From Acutalibacteraceae bacterium (GTDB lineage: Bacteria > Bacillota > Clostridia > Oscillospirales > Acutalibacteraceae): DNA of 64,000 nt. Below the pieces are notes generated by a model. That model was not told where the DNA came from, did no database searches, and saw nothing but the letters and a program-made list of their open reading frames with translations. Below, piece by piece: positions 51,112-60,964 of the stretch. Position 1 is the first letter of the stretch. Each line of letters starts with the position of its first letter. The stretch is taken from NCBI GenBank assembly GCA_045647925.1, contig JAZRMY010000011.1, positions 5,151 to 69,150 of the forward strand, in the 5' to 3' direction. Position numbers and translations under genes: made by a program.

Positions 51112-51913
51112 AATCAGATTAGATGTTGCTTTGGTTGAAGGCGGATTTGCCGAAAGCCGTGAAAAAGCAAAAGCGCTTATAATGGCGGGTATTGTTTATG
51201 TTAATAATCAAAAATCCGATAAAGCAGGTAACACCATAAAACCCGATGATGTTATTGAAGTAAGAGGGGAAACACTTAAATATGTAAGCCGTGGCGGATT
51301 AAAGCTTGAAAAGGCAGTAAATGTTTTCGATTTTTCTTTGAATGATAAAATTTGTGCAGATATAGGTGCTTCTACAGGCGGATTTACTGACTGTATGCTT
51401 CAAAACGGTGCAAAAAAAGTTTACGCTATTGATGTTGGTTACGGTCAGCTTGCTTGGAAATTACGTACCGATGAGCGTGTTATTAACCTTGAACGTACAA
51501 ATTTCAGATATGTAACAAAAGAGCAAATTCCAGAGGAATTGGATTTTGCTTCGGTAGATGTTTCTTTCATATCCTTGTCATTAATTCTACCCGTTTTGTA
51601 TACCTTACTTAAAAGTGACGGTCAAGCAGTTTGCCTTATAAAACCGCAGTTTGAAGCAGGCAAAGAAAATGTGGGCAAAAAGGGTGTTGTTAGGGATAAA
51701 AACATTCATATTGCCGTTATTGAAAAAATCATTAATGTTATTTTAGAAAATAACTTTTCACTTTTAGGACTTGATTTTTCTCCTGTAAAGGGTCCTGAAG
51801 GTAATATAGAATACCTCTGCCATATTATGAAAAATACTGTTGGCGAAATTAAATGTGACGTTTCGGCAGCCTGTGTGGTAGAAAATTCTTACAACGAATT
51901 GAAGGAGTCTTAA
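51104..51913 (+). CDS. tlyA: TlyA-family rRNA 2'-O-methyltransferase (S4 plus FtsJ domains)
   Basis: 269 aa, RLDVALVEGGFAESREKAK and DIGASTGGFTD. Confidence 0.85.
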   Translation: MAKIRLDVALVEGGFAESREKAKALIMAGIVYVNNQKSDKAGNTIKPDDVIEVRGETLKYVSRGGLKLEKAVNVFDFSLNDKICADIGASTGGFTDCMLQNGAKKVYAIDVGYGQLAWKLRTDERVINLERTNFRYVTKEQIPEELDFASVDVSFISLSLILPVLYTLLKSDGQAVCLIKPQFEAGKENVGKKGVVRDKNIHIAVIEKIINVILENNFSLLGLDFSPVKGPEGNIEYLCHIMKNTVGEIKCDVSAACVVENSYNELKES

Positions 51914-51914
51914 T

Positions 51915-52760
51915 ATGGTTGTTGCTGTATTACCTAATTTAGATAAACGCGGTTCTTCCGAGGTGGTAGATAAATTAGGCGCATTATTCAAACGCGAGGG
52001 GATAACCGCCTATCTGCCTGATACTATATTCGGCGGTAATTTTGAACATGCGCCCGAAGATGAACTATATAGAATTGCAGATATAATAATAACTGTTGGC
52101 GGTGACGGTACAATTATTCGCTTTGCCAAAAGAGCCGCTATTGATAATAAGCCTGTTCTTGGTATTAATGCTGGCAGAATGGGTTATCTTGCAAACATTG
52201 AACAAAATGAATTGAACCTACTTTCAAAGCTTAAAACTAATGAATACATCATTGAAAACCGTATGATGCTTAATGTAAAAATTGTTGAAAACGGTAAGCT
52301 TTTAAACGAGTATACCGCCCTTAACGATGCAGTAATAACAAGTGGGTTTATTTCACGTATTATTGATACAAGCGTTTTTGTTAGAGAGGATTCAATTCAC
52401 TACCGTGCGGACGGTCTTATTGTTTCAACCCCAACAGGCTCTACCGCATATTCTATGTCTGCAGGTGGTCCTATTATTGACCCGCTTACTGAGAATTTCT
52501 GCATAACTCCAATCTGCTCTCACTCGCTTTCTGCAAAGCCAATTATACTTGGAACAGATAACGAGATAAAGCTTAAAGCCTTTTCAAAAAAGCGAACCGA
52601 TATTTATTTAACAATAGACGGCAGAAAGGTTTCCAATATTAAACCATATACAGAAATTTATGTTTCTAAATCTAATTTAACCGCAAAGCTTATTCGACTT
52701 AACGACCGTTCTTTTTATAAAACACTTTCAGTAAAATTCAAGGATGCAAGGAGTGTGTAG
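51915..52760 (+). CDS. nadK: NAD kinase
   Basis: 281 aa, with the GGDGT motif and a STPTGSTAYS region. Confidence 0.9.
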   Translation: MVVAVLPNLDKRGSSEVVDKLGALFKREGITAYLPDTIFGGNFEHAPEDELYRIADIIITVGGDGTIIRFAKRAAIDNKPVLGINAGRMGYLANIEQNELNLLSKLKTNEYIIENRMMLNVKIVENGKLLNEYTALNDAVITSGFISRIIDTSVFVREDSIHYRADGLIVSTPTGSTAYSMSAGGPIIDPLTENFCITPICSHSLSAKPIILGTDNEIKLKAFSKKRTDIYLTIDGRKVSNIKPYTEIYVSKSNLTAKLIRLNDRSFYKTLSVKFKDARSV

Positions 52761-52761
52761 C

Positions 52762-53208
52762 TTGAAAAACAAAAGACAAAAAGAAATACTTGAAATAATT
52801 AAACAAAAGGTTGTTTTAACTCAAGAGGATTTACAAAATGAGCTTTTGTTACTTGGCTATAATGTAACGCAGTCTACTGTTTCGCGTGATATTAAAGAAT
52901 TAAAGCTTATTAAAAGCCATGATTCGTTAGGTAATTACCGTTACATTTCAAACCAAAATGTTTCCAAATATTCACACTCGCATTACCGTGATATGTTCGT
53001 AAAGGCCGTTAAAACGGTTGACTGGGCGCTTAACAATGTTGTAATCAATTGTTATTCGGGTATGGCTTCAAGCGCTTGTGTGGCACTTGACGAAATGTTT
53101 CACGATATGATGTTAGGTTCACTCGCAGGTGATGACACTATTATTGTTGTGACCAAGAGCGAGCAACATTCTATTAACCTTGTTAATGAGTTAAATAATA
53201 TATTATAA
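52762..53208 (+). CDS. argR: Arginine repressor
   Basis: The winged-helix N-terminus contains TQSTVSRDIKEL; a GDDTI sequence is also present. I prefer the TTG at 52762, 8 nt after AAGGAG, to the track ATG at 52744, which overlaps nadK. Confidence 0.85.
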   Translation: MKNKRQKEILEIIKQKVVLTQEDLQNELLLLGYNVTQSTVSRDIKELKLIKSHDSLGNYRYISNQNVSKYSHSHYRDMFVKAVKTVDWALNNVVINCYSGMASSACVALDEMFHDMMLGSLAGDDTIIVVTKSEQHSINLVNELNNIL

Positions 53209-53220
53209 CAGAGGAAAGAT

Positions 53221-54897
53221 ATGCTAAAATTTCTTCATATTGAAAATATAGCCGTAATTGAACAAGCGGATATTGAGTTTAAGTCCGGCTTTAATGTTTT
53301 AACCGGTGAAACGGGTGCTGGTAAATCAATACTTATTGACTCTATTAACGCCGTTTTAGGTGAAAGAACCTCTAAGGATTTAATAAGAAACGGGTGCGAT
53401 AATGCATTAGTTTCCGCTGTCTTTGGTGATATTGACAGTTATACGACCGATATTTTAAATCAATACGGCGTCATACCTGATGAGGATGGAAATATTGTCA
53501 TTTCTCGAAAGCTTAGTCTTACAGGTAAGGGATATATTAAAATCAATAATATGCCGTTTACTGCAAATTCACTTAAGGATATTTCAAAAAATCTTATCAA
53601 TATCCACGGTCAACACGATAATCAAGCCTTATTAGACCCACAAAAACATATTCTTTATATTGATTTAGTTGCACAAAACCAAAATTTGATTGATGAATAT
53701 TATTGTGAATTTAAAAACCTTAATTCCATTCGCAAGGAATTGCAGTCGCTTGAAATGGACGATGACCAAAAGCAAAGAAAAATCGACCTATTAAAATACC
53801 AAATTAACGAGCTTGAATCTGCCAATATTAAGGTTGGCGAATTCCTTGATTTGAAGAAAAAGCTTGAAATTGCGGATGACTTTGAAAAAACCTATAAAGC
53901 ATTTAATTTTGCCGAGAGTTCAATTAACGGTAGCGAAGATAATGACGGTGTTTTAACCACTCTTCAAAACATAACACGGCAATTAACTAACATAAAAAGT
54001 GATATTGCAGAAAACAGTATTTCAAAAATTAATGATGCTTTATCAATAATAGAAGATGTAAGAAGCGATATTTCAAGCTTTTTAGGTGATACAGATTATT
54101 CAAACCTTAATCCCGATGAAATTAATCAAAGGCTTGACCTTCTTACAAGACTTATGTTAAAATACGGTTCGAGTGAAGAAAAAATGCTCGAATTTTTGGA
54201 AGATGCTAAAACACAGCTTGATAATATTGCTTTTTCCGATAAGCGCATTAAAGAGCTTTCGGATTTACTTGATGCTTCAACCGAAAGACTTATTAAATTA
54301 GCCGAAAGGTTAACCGCTTCAAGAAAAGAAGCTTCAAAGATTTTCCAAGAAAATGTAACCAATGTTTTAAAATATCTTAATATGCCTAATGTTAAATTTG
54401 TTGTAGATTTCCAAAAGGGCAGATATACTAAAAACGGTTGCGATATATGTGAATTTATGATAAGCGCAAATGACGGGGAAAGTCTTAAACCGCTTCATAA
54501 AATAGCATCAGGCGGCGAATTATCACGCGTAATGCTTAGTATTAAAAGCGTCTTGCTTGATAAGGATACTGTTGGTACTATGATTTTTGATGAAATTGAC
54601 ACCGGCATTAGCGGTTTTGCTGCAGGTAAGGTTGCAACACAGCTTAAAAAAGTATCAACTGCGCGTCAGGTAATATGTGTTACTCATTTAGCGCAAATTG
54701 CCGCAATTGCAGATGAGCACTTACTTATAGAAAAATCAACAAATAACGGAAGAACCTATACACAGGTTAATTCCTTAAATTATGAGCAAAAAATAAGCGA
54801 AATTGCCCGAATAATGTCCGGCACCGAGCTTACCGAAAATTTATACAATTCCGCTAAGGAACTAATAGACAGGAGTAATAACTATGAAAATTTATGA
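53221..54897 (+). CDS. recN: DNA repair protein RecN
   Basis: 558 aa SMC-like protein with Walker A GETGAGKS, the signature SGGELSR and Walker [10 protein letters not shown]. Confidence 0.95.
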   Translation: MLKFLHIENIAVIEQADIEFKSGFNVLTGETGAGKSILIDSINAVLGERTSKDLIRNGCDNALVSAVFGDIDSYTTDILNQYGVIPDEDGNIVISRKLSLTGKGYIKINNMPFTANSLKDISKNLINIHGQHDNQALLDPQKHILYIDLVAQNQNLIDEYYCEFKNLNSIRKELQSLEMDDDQKQRKIDLLKYQINELESANIKVGEFLDLKKKLEIADDFEKTYKAFNFAESSINGSEDNDGVLTTLQNITRQLTNIKSDIAENSISKINDALSIIEDVRSDISSFLGDTDYSNLNPDEINQRLDLLTRLMLKYGSSEEKMLEFLEDAKTQLDNIAFSDKRIKELSDLLDASTERLIKLAERLTASRKEASKIFQENVTNVLKYLNMPNVKFVVDFQKGRYTKNGCDICEFMISANDGESLKPLHKIASGGELSRVMLSIKSVLLDKDTVGTMIFDEIDTGISGFAAGKVATQLKKVSTARQVICVTHLAQIAAIADEHLLIEKSTNNGRTYTQVNSLNYEQKISEIARIMSGTELTENLYNSAKELIDRSNNYENL

Positions 54898-56107
54898 TGA
54901 ACTTGTAGCGCGTGGACTTATAGCGCAGGTTACCGATGAAGCCGAAATCCGCGAGCTGATTGATAACGGTAAAGCAACATTTTATATTGGCTTTGACCCT
55001 ACCGCAGATAGTCTTCACGTAGGTCACTTTATGGCGCTTTGCCTTATGAAAAGACTTCAAATGGCAGGGAATAAGCCTATCGCATTAATCGGTGGCGGTA
55101 CAGGTCACATTGGCGACCCTTCGGGCAGAACAGATATGCGTTCTATGATGACCGCAGAACAGATTCAACACAACTGCGACTGCTTTAAAGAGCAGATGAG
55201 CCGTTTTATTGAATTTGGCGAAGGTAAAGCTCAAATGGTTAATAACGCCGAATGGCTTTTAAAGCTTAATTATGTTGAGCTTTTGCGCGAGGTTGGTGCA
55301 TGCTTCTCGGTTAACAATATGCTACGTGCAGAATGTTACAAGCAGCGTATGGAAAAGGGTCTTTCTTTCCTTGAATTCAACTATATGATAATGCAAAGCT
55401 ATGACTTTTATCATTTGTTTAAGGAATACGGCTGTAATATGCAGTTCGGCGGCGATGACCAATGGTCTAATATGCTTGGCGGTACCGAGCTTATCCGTAA
55501 AAAATTAGGTAAAGATGCTTATGCAATGACCATTACCTTATTGCTTAACTCAGAAGGTAAAAAGATGGGTAAGACCGCTTCGGGCGCTGTTTGGCTTGAT
55601 GCAAACAAGACCTCTCCTTATGAATTCTATCAATATTGGCGCAACGTTTCCGATGCTGACGTATTAAAGTGTATCAGAATGCTTACCTTCTTACCGCTTG
55701 AAGAAATTAACAAAATGGATTCTTGGGAAGGTAGTCAGCTTAATACTGCTAAAGAAATTCTTGCTTTCGAGCTTACTAAGCTTGTACACGGCGAAGAAGA
55801 GGCAAAAAAAGCAGAAACCACCGCAAAAGCAATCTTTGCAGGCGCAGGCTCTCACGAAAATATGCCTACTACTGAGCTTTCGGCTGATGATTTTACAGAC
55901 GGTAAAATAGGCGTACTTGCTATGATGGTTAAGGCTTCACTTGCTGCTTCAAACGGCGAAGCCAGAAGACTTGTTCAACAAGGCGGCGTAAGTATTAACG
56001 ACCAAAAAATCACCGACCCTGCTTATTCTTTAACACAAGATGATTTTGCAAACGAAATTATTCTTAAAAAGGGTAAGAAGAACTTTGTTAAGTTTGAGGT
56101 TAAATAA
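54884..56107 (+). CDS. tyrS: Tyrosine--tRNA ligase
   Basis: 407 aa, with HVGH, KMGKT and a C-terminal S4 domain. The ATG lies inside the recN 3' end (14-nt overlap) and is preceded by AGGAG. Confidence 0.95.
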   Translation: MKIYDELVARGLIAQVTDEAEIRELIDNGKATFYIGFDPTADSLHVGHFMALCLMKRLQMAGNKPIALIGGGTGHIGDPSGRTDMRSMMTAEQIQHNCDCFKEQMSRFIEFGEGKAQMVNNAEWLLKLNYVELLREVGACFSVNNMLRAECYKQRMEKGLSFLEFNYMIMQSYDFYHLFKEYGCNMQFGGDDQWSNMLGGTELIRKKLGKDAYAMTITLLLNSEGKKMGKTASGAVWLDANKTSPYEFYQYWRNVSDADVLKCIRMLTFLPLEEINKMDSWEGSQLNTAKEILAFELTKLVHGEEEAKKAETTAKAIFAGAGSHENMPTTELSADDFTDGKIGVLAMMVKASLAASNGEARRLVQQGGVSINDQKITDPAYSLTQDDFANEIILKKGKKNFVKFEVK

Positions 56108-56427
56108 TGGGACTTTTTAGTCGTAAAAAAAGAAACGAATCCTTACTTAAAACCTTTGACGGTAGGGAGCTTAAATACGTTACAAAACGTGTCACTCACG
56201 CTGACGGTAATGTAACCTACGATATTGTAGGTAAAAGCGGTAGAATTGCGGTTATTGGCGAATATATACGCATTATTTGTGGTGAAATAGATGTATTTAA
56301 CTGCAAGATTGACGATTCTAAATATTACCTTTTAATGAGTGGCGACGGTGTGACTATAGAAGGTGAAAATACCGTTACAGGTCAGTATGATAACATTACT
56401 GCATATTATACCTATTATCGAAAATAG
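56107..56427 (+). CDS. Hypothetical small protein (106 aa)
   Basis: TAATG stop/start overlap with tyrS, and a terminator immediately downstream. Family not recognised. Confidence 0.5.
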   Translation: MGLFSRKKRNESLLKTFDGRELKYVTKRVTHADGNVTYDIVGKSGRIAVIGEYIRIICGEIDVFNCKIDDSKYYLLMSGDGVTIEGENTVTGQYDNITAYYTYYRK

Positions 56428-56428
56428 C

Positions 56429-56457
56429 AAAAGACGAGGTAATACCTCGTCTTTTTT
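56429..56457 (+). terminator. Intrinsic terminator
   Basis: AAAGACGAGGT-AAT-ACCTCGTCTTTTTT. Confidence 0.85.
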
Positions 56458-56504
56458 GCATAATTTAGAAGTTTTTGGATAAGTTATTTTTGGGAGTGAT
56501 TAAT

Positions 56505-57119
56505 ATGACAAGTTTTAAAAATAGCGAAACAAAAATTAATTTAATGAGAGCCTTTGCAGGTGAAAGTCAAGCAAGAAACAGATACACCTTTGCGGCAGAA
56601 ATTGCAAAAAAACAAGGCTTATATGTTATTGAGGCTATATTTAACTTTACAGCCAATCAGGAGCTTGCACACGCGAATGTATTTATGAAGCATTTAAGCG
56701 AGGTTACAGGCGAAAATATCGAAGCTGACGGCACATATCCTGTTGAGGTTACGAATTCTGTAATAGAATTACTTGAAAATGCGGCACATAATGAATTTGA
56801 AGAGTATGATAATGTATATAAATCTTTTGCTGAAACTGCCGAAAGGGAAGGGAATATTCCTGTTGCTTCCAGTTTTAAGGAAATTGCAGAAATTGAAAAA
56901 ACACACTCAGAACGATTTAAGCTTTTTGCACAACTACTAAAAAGTGAAAAGCTTTTTGTATCAGATATAGAATGTGATTGGATGTGTTTAAACTGCGGTA
57001 ATATTTTTAACGGCAAAAAGGTGCCGGAGATTTGTCCGGTTTGCCACCATGAAAAAGGATATTTTATAAGACTGGAATTAGCACCATATGCCTGTAAGGG
57101 AAATAATACAAATTGTTAA
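56505..57119 (+). CDS. rbr: Rubrerythrin (diiron domain plus C-terminal rubredoxin-like CxxC...CxxC)
   Basis: NLMRAFAGESQARNRY and E..H diiron motifs. C-terminal CLNCG...CPVCHH. The ATG at 56505 follows GGGAG. Confidence 0.9.
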   Translation: MTSFKNSETKINLMRAFAGESQARNRYTFAAEIAKKQGLYVIEAIFNFTANQELAHANVFMKHLSEVTGENIEADGTYPVEVTNSVIELLENAAHNEFEEYDNVYKSFAETAEREGNIPVASSFKEIAEIEKTHSERFKLFAQLLKSEKLFVSDIECDWMCLNCGNIFNGKKVPEICPVCHHEKGYFIRLELAPYACKGNNTNC

Positions 57120-57164
57120 TTTTTTAACAAAATAATAGGGGAATTACCCAAAAAACTTTAGGGA

Positions 57165-57201
57165 ATAAAAAAAGACGGTTGCAATTAAGCAATCGTCTTT
57201 T
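57165..57201. terminator. Bidirectional terminator between rubrerythrin and tRNA-Leu
   Basis: AAGACGGTTGC-AATTA-GCAATCGTCTT flanked by A and T runs. Confidence 0.75.
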
Positions 57202-57288
57202 TGGTGCCGGTGGCCGGACTCGAACCGGCACGCTGTCGCCAGCGGTGGATTTTGAGTCCACTACGTCTGCCAATTCCATCACACCGGC
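57202..57288 (-). tRNA. tRNA-Leu (anticodon CAA), class II with long variable arm, CCA encoded
   Basis: The reverse complement folds as acceptor GCCGGTG/CACCGGC, anticodon stem GTGGA/TCCAC with loop CTCAAAA, variable arm CGCTGGCGACAGCG, T-loop GGTTCGAGTCC, and 3' ACCA. Confidence 0.92.
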
Positions 57289-57307
57289 AAATTGACTCGA
57301 CTTTGCT

Positions 57308-57336
57308 ATTATACATTATTTATATAATAAAATCAA
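57308..57336 (-). promoter_or_regulatory. Sigma-A type promoter of tRNA-Leu
   Basis: TTGATT-17 nt-TATAAT, ending 19 nt upstream of the mature tRNA 5' end. Confidence 0.55.
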
Positions 57337-57693
57337 GCATTTTTTATATGTATTTTAAAATATTTAATAAAATAATAAAAAATGTCATCGAATAGAAATT
57401 TTTAAAATGATGTTAGGTACATTTTATAAAAAGTTATTCGATGAGAGATAAACAATAAAATTATATTTTTTAAAAATGGTAAGCTATAAAAACCTTAAAA
57501 TAATATTAATACATAATTATAAGGGATATATAGCAAAAACCCAAACAAACCGACCAAATAGCTATATAAAATGGAAATAACCAATATTGCGGCAATTTTC
57601 ACTTCCCTTAATTATACTAAATATTCATTTAGTATAATTCGATATCAAAAAATTACAGCTAATAAATCAGTTGTTCCCTTTGGTTAATAATAT

Positions 57694-57727
57694 AAAAAAT
57701 TAAAAGCACCGCTTATTTGCGGTGCTT
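57694..57727 (-). terminator. Intrinsic terminator of rpsT
   Basis: AAGCACCGC-loop-GCGGTGCTT with a U-run on the minus strand. Confidence 0.85.
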
Positions 57728-57738
57728 AATAATTTAAA

Positions 57739-58002
57739 TTATGCGTTTGCCTTATTGAAACGAGTAACTAAAGCAGACTTCTTTCTAGCTGCATTGTTCT
57801 TATGAATGATACCTTTTGTGGTAGCCTGGTCGATTTTCTTAACAGCCTCTGTTACAACAGCAGCCATATCTTCAGACTTAGCATCAATAGCAGCGTCAGC
57901 CTTCTTAACAGCAGTTCTTAAAGCAGAACGATAAGCTTTATTCTTTTCGTAATTTGCTTTGCTAACAAGCACACGTTTTTTAGCAGATTTAATGTTCGGC
58001 AT
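57739..58002 (-). CDS. rpsT: 30S ribosomal protein S20
   Basis: MPNIKSAKKRV... The ATG at 58002 is preceded by GGAGGTG. Confidence 0.95.
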   Translation of the reverse strand: MPNIKSAKKRVLVSKANYEKNKAYRSALRTAVKKADAAIDAKSEDMAAVVTEAVKKIDQATTKGIIHKNNAARKKSALVTRFNKANA

Positions 58003-58102
58003 GATGACACCTCCTATCATTTACTCACGTACAAGTTATAATAACACAAAACTTTAAAAAATGCAATACTTTTTTTAAAATTAATTAAACTTTATTTTAT
58101 AT

Positions 58103-59950
58103 TTATTTTGTAACCTTATTTACAGGTATTTGATATGTTGGAACAATTCTCTTAACCAAATCACGAATATTAGCATTTTCGTCATACATAACATTTCGCA
58201 TTTCTTCGATTGTATTTAATAAAAATTCTTCATCAACATCAATCGGCTTACCAATATGTATTAATTCATTCTCGGTAGCGGTTAAGCCTTCTTCAGACAT
58301 AAGTAATTCTTCATAAAGCTTTTCACCCGGACGAAGACCTGTAAATTCAATCTGAATATCCTTATAAGGTGTAAAACCGGATAATCTGATTAAATTTTCT
58401 GCAAGGGTTAATATTTTTACAGGTTGTCCCATATCAAGAACAAATATTTCCCCTCCCCTTGCATTAGCACCTGCCTGTATTACAAGAGAAACTGCTTCGG
58501 AAATAGTCATAAAATACCTGATAATATTTGGGTCTGTAACGGTAAGTGGACCACCATGCTCTATTTGCTTTTTAAATAGCGGTATAACGCTTCCGTTACT
58601 GCCAAGCACATTACCAAATCTAACGGCTACAAATTCCGTATCGGAGCGATTATTAAAGGTTTGAATAATCATTTCGCAGATACGCTTACTTGCACCCATT
58701 ATATTTGTTGGGTTAACCGCCTTATCGGTAGAAATTAAAACAAATTTTTGTGTACCATACTTATCCGCCGCTTGAGCAGTTTTTAGTGTGCCGAAAACAT
58801 TGTTTTTAATTGTTTCGTTAGGGCTATCTTCCATTAAAGGCACATGCTTGTGTGCGGCAGCGTGATATACAATTTCAGGCTTATATGTTTTAAAAATAAA
58901 ATCAAGTCGCTTACTGTCTCTTACAGAGCCTATTAAAGTAACAATATCTAATGTTGGATATTTATACTTTAGTTCATTCTGAATATCATAAGCTGAATTC
59001 TCATAAACATCAAAAATGATTAATTGCTTTGGATTATGAAAAGCTAACTGTCTGCAAAGCTCACTACCAATTGACCCGCCGCCACCTGTGACTAAAATAA
59101 TTTTATTTTTAACATAATCAAAAACATTATCATCGCTTACGGTTATTGGTGCACGTCCAAGCAAGTCTTCAATTTTAACCTTACGAATTGAGGATGAAAT
59201 ATCCTTAACATCACGTAATTCATAAATAGGCGGAATAGTTTTTAAAACACACTTAGTTTGCTGACAAATATTCAAAATCTGAGTTTTATTTACATTGTCA
59301 CAGCTTGGTATGGCGAAAATAATGGTATCTATATTATATTTTTCAACTGCCTTAATTATATATTCTCTGCCACCAACGATGTGTACTCCCCTAATGTATT
59401 TATCGTGCTTTGACTCATCATCATCAATAACGCATTTAACATTGTATTTATTATTATATGAATATTCATTAATAATAACTCTTGCTGCGCTACCTGCACC
59501 AATAATTAAAACATTATGTGCCACAGAATTATTCACATTTTCTTTTGAAACAGTTGATTTTTTATTAATATAATACCTCAGAAAAAATCTGTGGATAATT
59601 ATAAAAAACACTGTAAAGAAATACATAAGTATATAAGCTGAAATATTTACATCAAATTTCTGAAAAACTGCTTTTTGGGAAATAATCGTTGCCAAAGCTG
59701 TGGTAAAGCAACCAAAAAATACTCTAAATATTTCATTCATACCAGAAAAGCGCCACAATATTTTATATACATTAATAAGGTACAGACAAAAAACTATAAG
59801 AAAAGGCCAAACAATAAGATTAAAAGTAAAAGGATTAATCCAGGAAATACTTATATCTTGCCCTATAAAAAAGAATGACAGAACAATAGATAAGGCCGCA
59901 ACAATTAAATCATAGATTATAAAAGAAAATAAATTTAATAAACGGTTCAT
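58103..59950 (-). CDS. Membrane-anchored polysaccharide biosynthesis protein, CapD/PglF/WbpM-type NDP-sugar 4,6-dehydratase
   Basis: 615 aa with four N-terminal TM helices, then two Rossmann regions (IIGAGSAA and VTGGGGSIGSE). Confidence 0.8.
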   Translation of the reverse strand: MNRLLNLFSFIIYDLIVAALSIVLSFFFIGQDISISWINPFTFNLIVWPFLIVFCLYLINVYKILWRFSGMNEIFRVFFGCFTTALATIISQKAVFQKFDVNISAYILMYFFTVFFIIIHRFFLRYYINKKSTVSKENVNNSVAHNVLIIGAGSAARVIINEYSYNNKYNVKCVIDDDESKHDKYIRGVHIVGGREYIIKAVEKYNIDTIIFAIPSCDNVNKTQILNICQQTKCVLKTIPPIYELRDVKDISSSIRKVKIEDLLGRAPITVSDDNVFDYVKNKIILVTGGGGSIGSELCRQLAFHNPKQLIIFDVYENSAYDIQNELKYKYPTLDIVTLIGSVRDSKRLDFIFKTYKPEIVYHAAAHKHVPLMEDSPNETIKNNVFGTLKTAQAADKYGTQKFVLISTDKAVNPTNIMGASKRICEMIIQTFNNRSDTEFVAVRFGNVLGSNGSVIPLFKKQIEHGGPLTVTDPNIIRYFMTISEAVSLVIQAGANARGGEIFVLDMGQPVKILTLAENLIRLSGFTPYKDIQIEFTGLRPGEKLYEELLMSEEGLTATENELIHIGKPIDVDEEFLLNTIEEMRNVMYDENANIRDLVKRIVPTYQIPVNKVTK

Positions 59951-59962
59951 TTAAAAACATCC

Positions 59963-60964
59963 TTATAACAAATTTATGCCATTGGATTTACATTTTAAAA
60001 TTTCTTTTTCAGGCCAGATAGAAACCTGAACCTCACCAACGTGAGCTTTATGTAAAAGATACATACAAAGCCTTGACTGACCAATACCGCCGCCGATAGT
60101 AAGCGGTAAAGCGCCCGCAAGAAGCATTTGGTGAAATTCATATTTCACGCGTTCTTCTTTATTTTCTGCTTTAAGCTGATTTAAAAGGCTTTCCCTATCA
60201 ACCCTGATTCCCATAGAAGAAATTTCAAACGGTATATCTAAAACACGGTTATAAAGTATAATATCACCGTTAAGATTCCAGTCGTCGTAATCAGGTGCTC
60301 TGCCGTCATGCTTCTGCCCTGATTTAAGTCTGCCACCAATTTTCATTATGAATACCGCACCATATTCCTTAGCGGCTTCATATTCGCGCTGTTTTCCGGT
60401 TAAATCGGGATATTTATCCTCTAATTCTTGTGTTGTAATAAAGGAAATTTCATCAGGTAAATAACAATCAAGGCAGGGATATTTTTCCTCGATTTCCTTC
60501 GCAGTATCTAAAACGGCGGAATATATATCCCTTACAGTTTGTTTTAAATAATCCTCTGTTCTATCCTCATTCGTTATGATTTTTTCCCAATCCCACTGGT
60601 CTACATAGATAGAATGTATATTATCGCATTCTTCATCACGTCTTATAGCGTTCATATCGGTATAAAGACCGGTATGCATTGGAAAACCGTATTTTAACAG
60701 TGCCATACGCTTCCATTTAGCAAGACTATGTACAACCTCAGCGATTTCCCCTGTTTCTAAAATATCAAAAGAAACAGGGCGTTCTACACCGTTAAGGTCG
60801 TCGTTAAGTCCGCTTCCCTGCTTTACAAAAAGCGGTGCGGAAACACGCGAAAGATTAAGATTTTCACAAAGCTTGCTTGCAAATTTTTCTTTTACAAGAG
60901 CAATTGCATTTTGGGTATCAAATTCGTTAAGTTTTGTAATATACTTACTCATAAAAACACTCAT
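59963..60964 (-). CDS. asnA: Aspartate--ammonia ligase (asparagine synthetase A)
   Basis: About 330 aa, class-II aaRS-like AsnA sequence. The start is either the ATG at 60964 or the one at 60952. It begins right after the asnS stop. Confidence 0.85.
   Translation of the reverse strand: MSVFMSKYITKLNEFDTQNAIALVKEKFASKLCENLNLSRVSAPLFVKQGSGLNDDLNGVERPVSFDILETGEIAEVVHSLAKWKRMALLKYGFPMHTGLYTDMNAIRRDEECDNIHSIYVDQWDWEKIITNEDRTEDYLKQTVRDIYSAVLDTAKEIEEKYPCLDCYLPDEISFITTQELEDKYPDLTGKQREYEAAKEYGAVFIMKIGGRLKSGQKHDGRAPDYDDWNLNGDIILYNRVLDIPFEISSMGIRVDRESLLNQLKAENKEERVKYEFHQMLLAGALPLTIGGGIGQSRLCMYLLHKAHVGEVQVSIWPEKEILKCKSNGINLL

Noticed and set aside
57201-57395. 64-aa plus-strand ORF (MVPVAGLEPARCRQRW...)
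   Set aside because: It is simply the antisense reading of tRNA-Leu running into AT-rich spacer.
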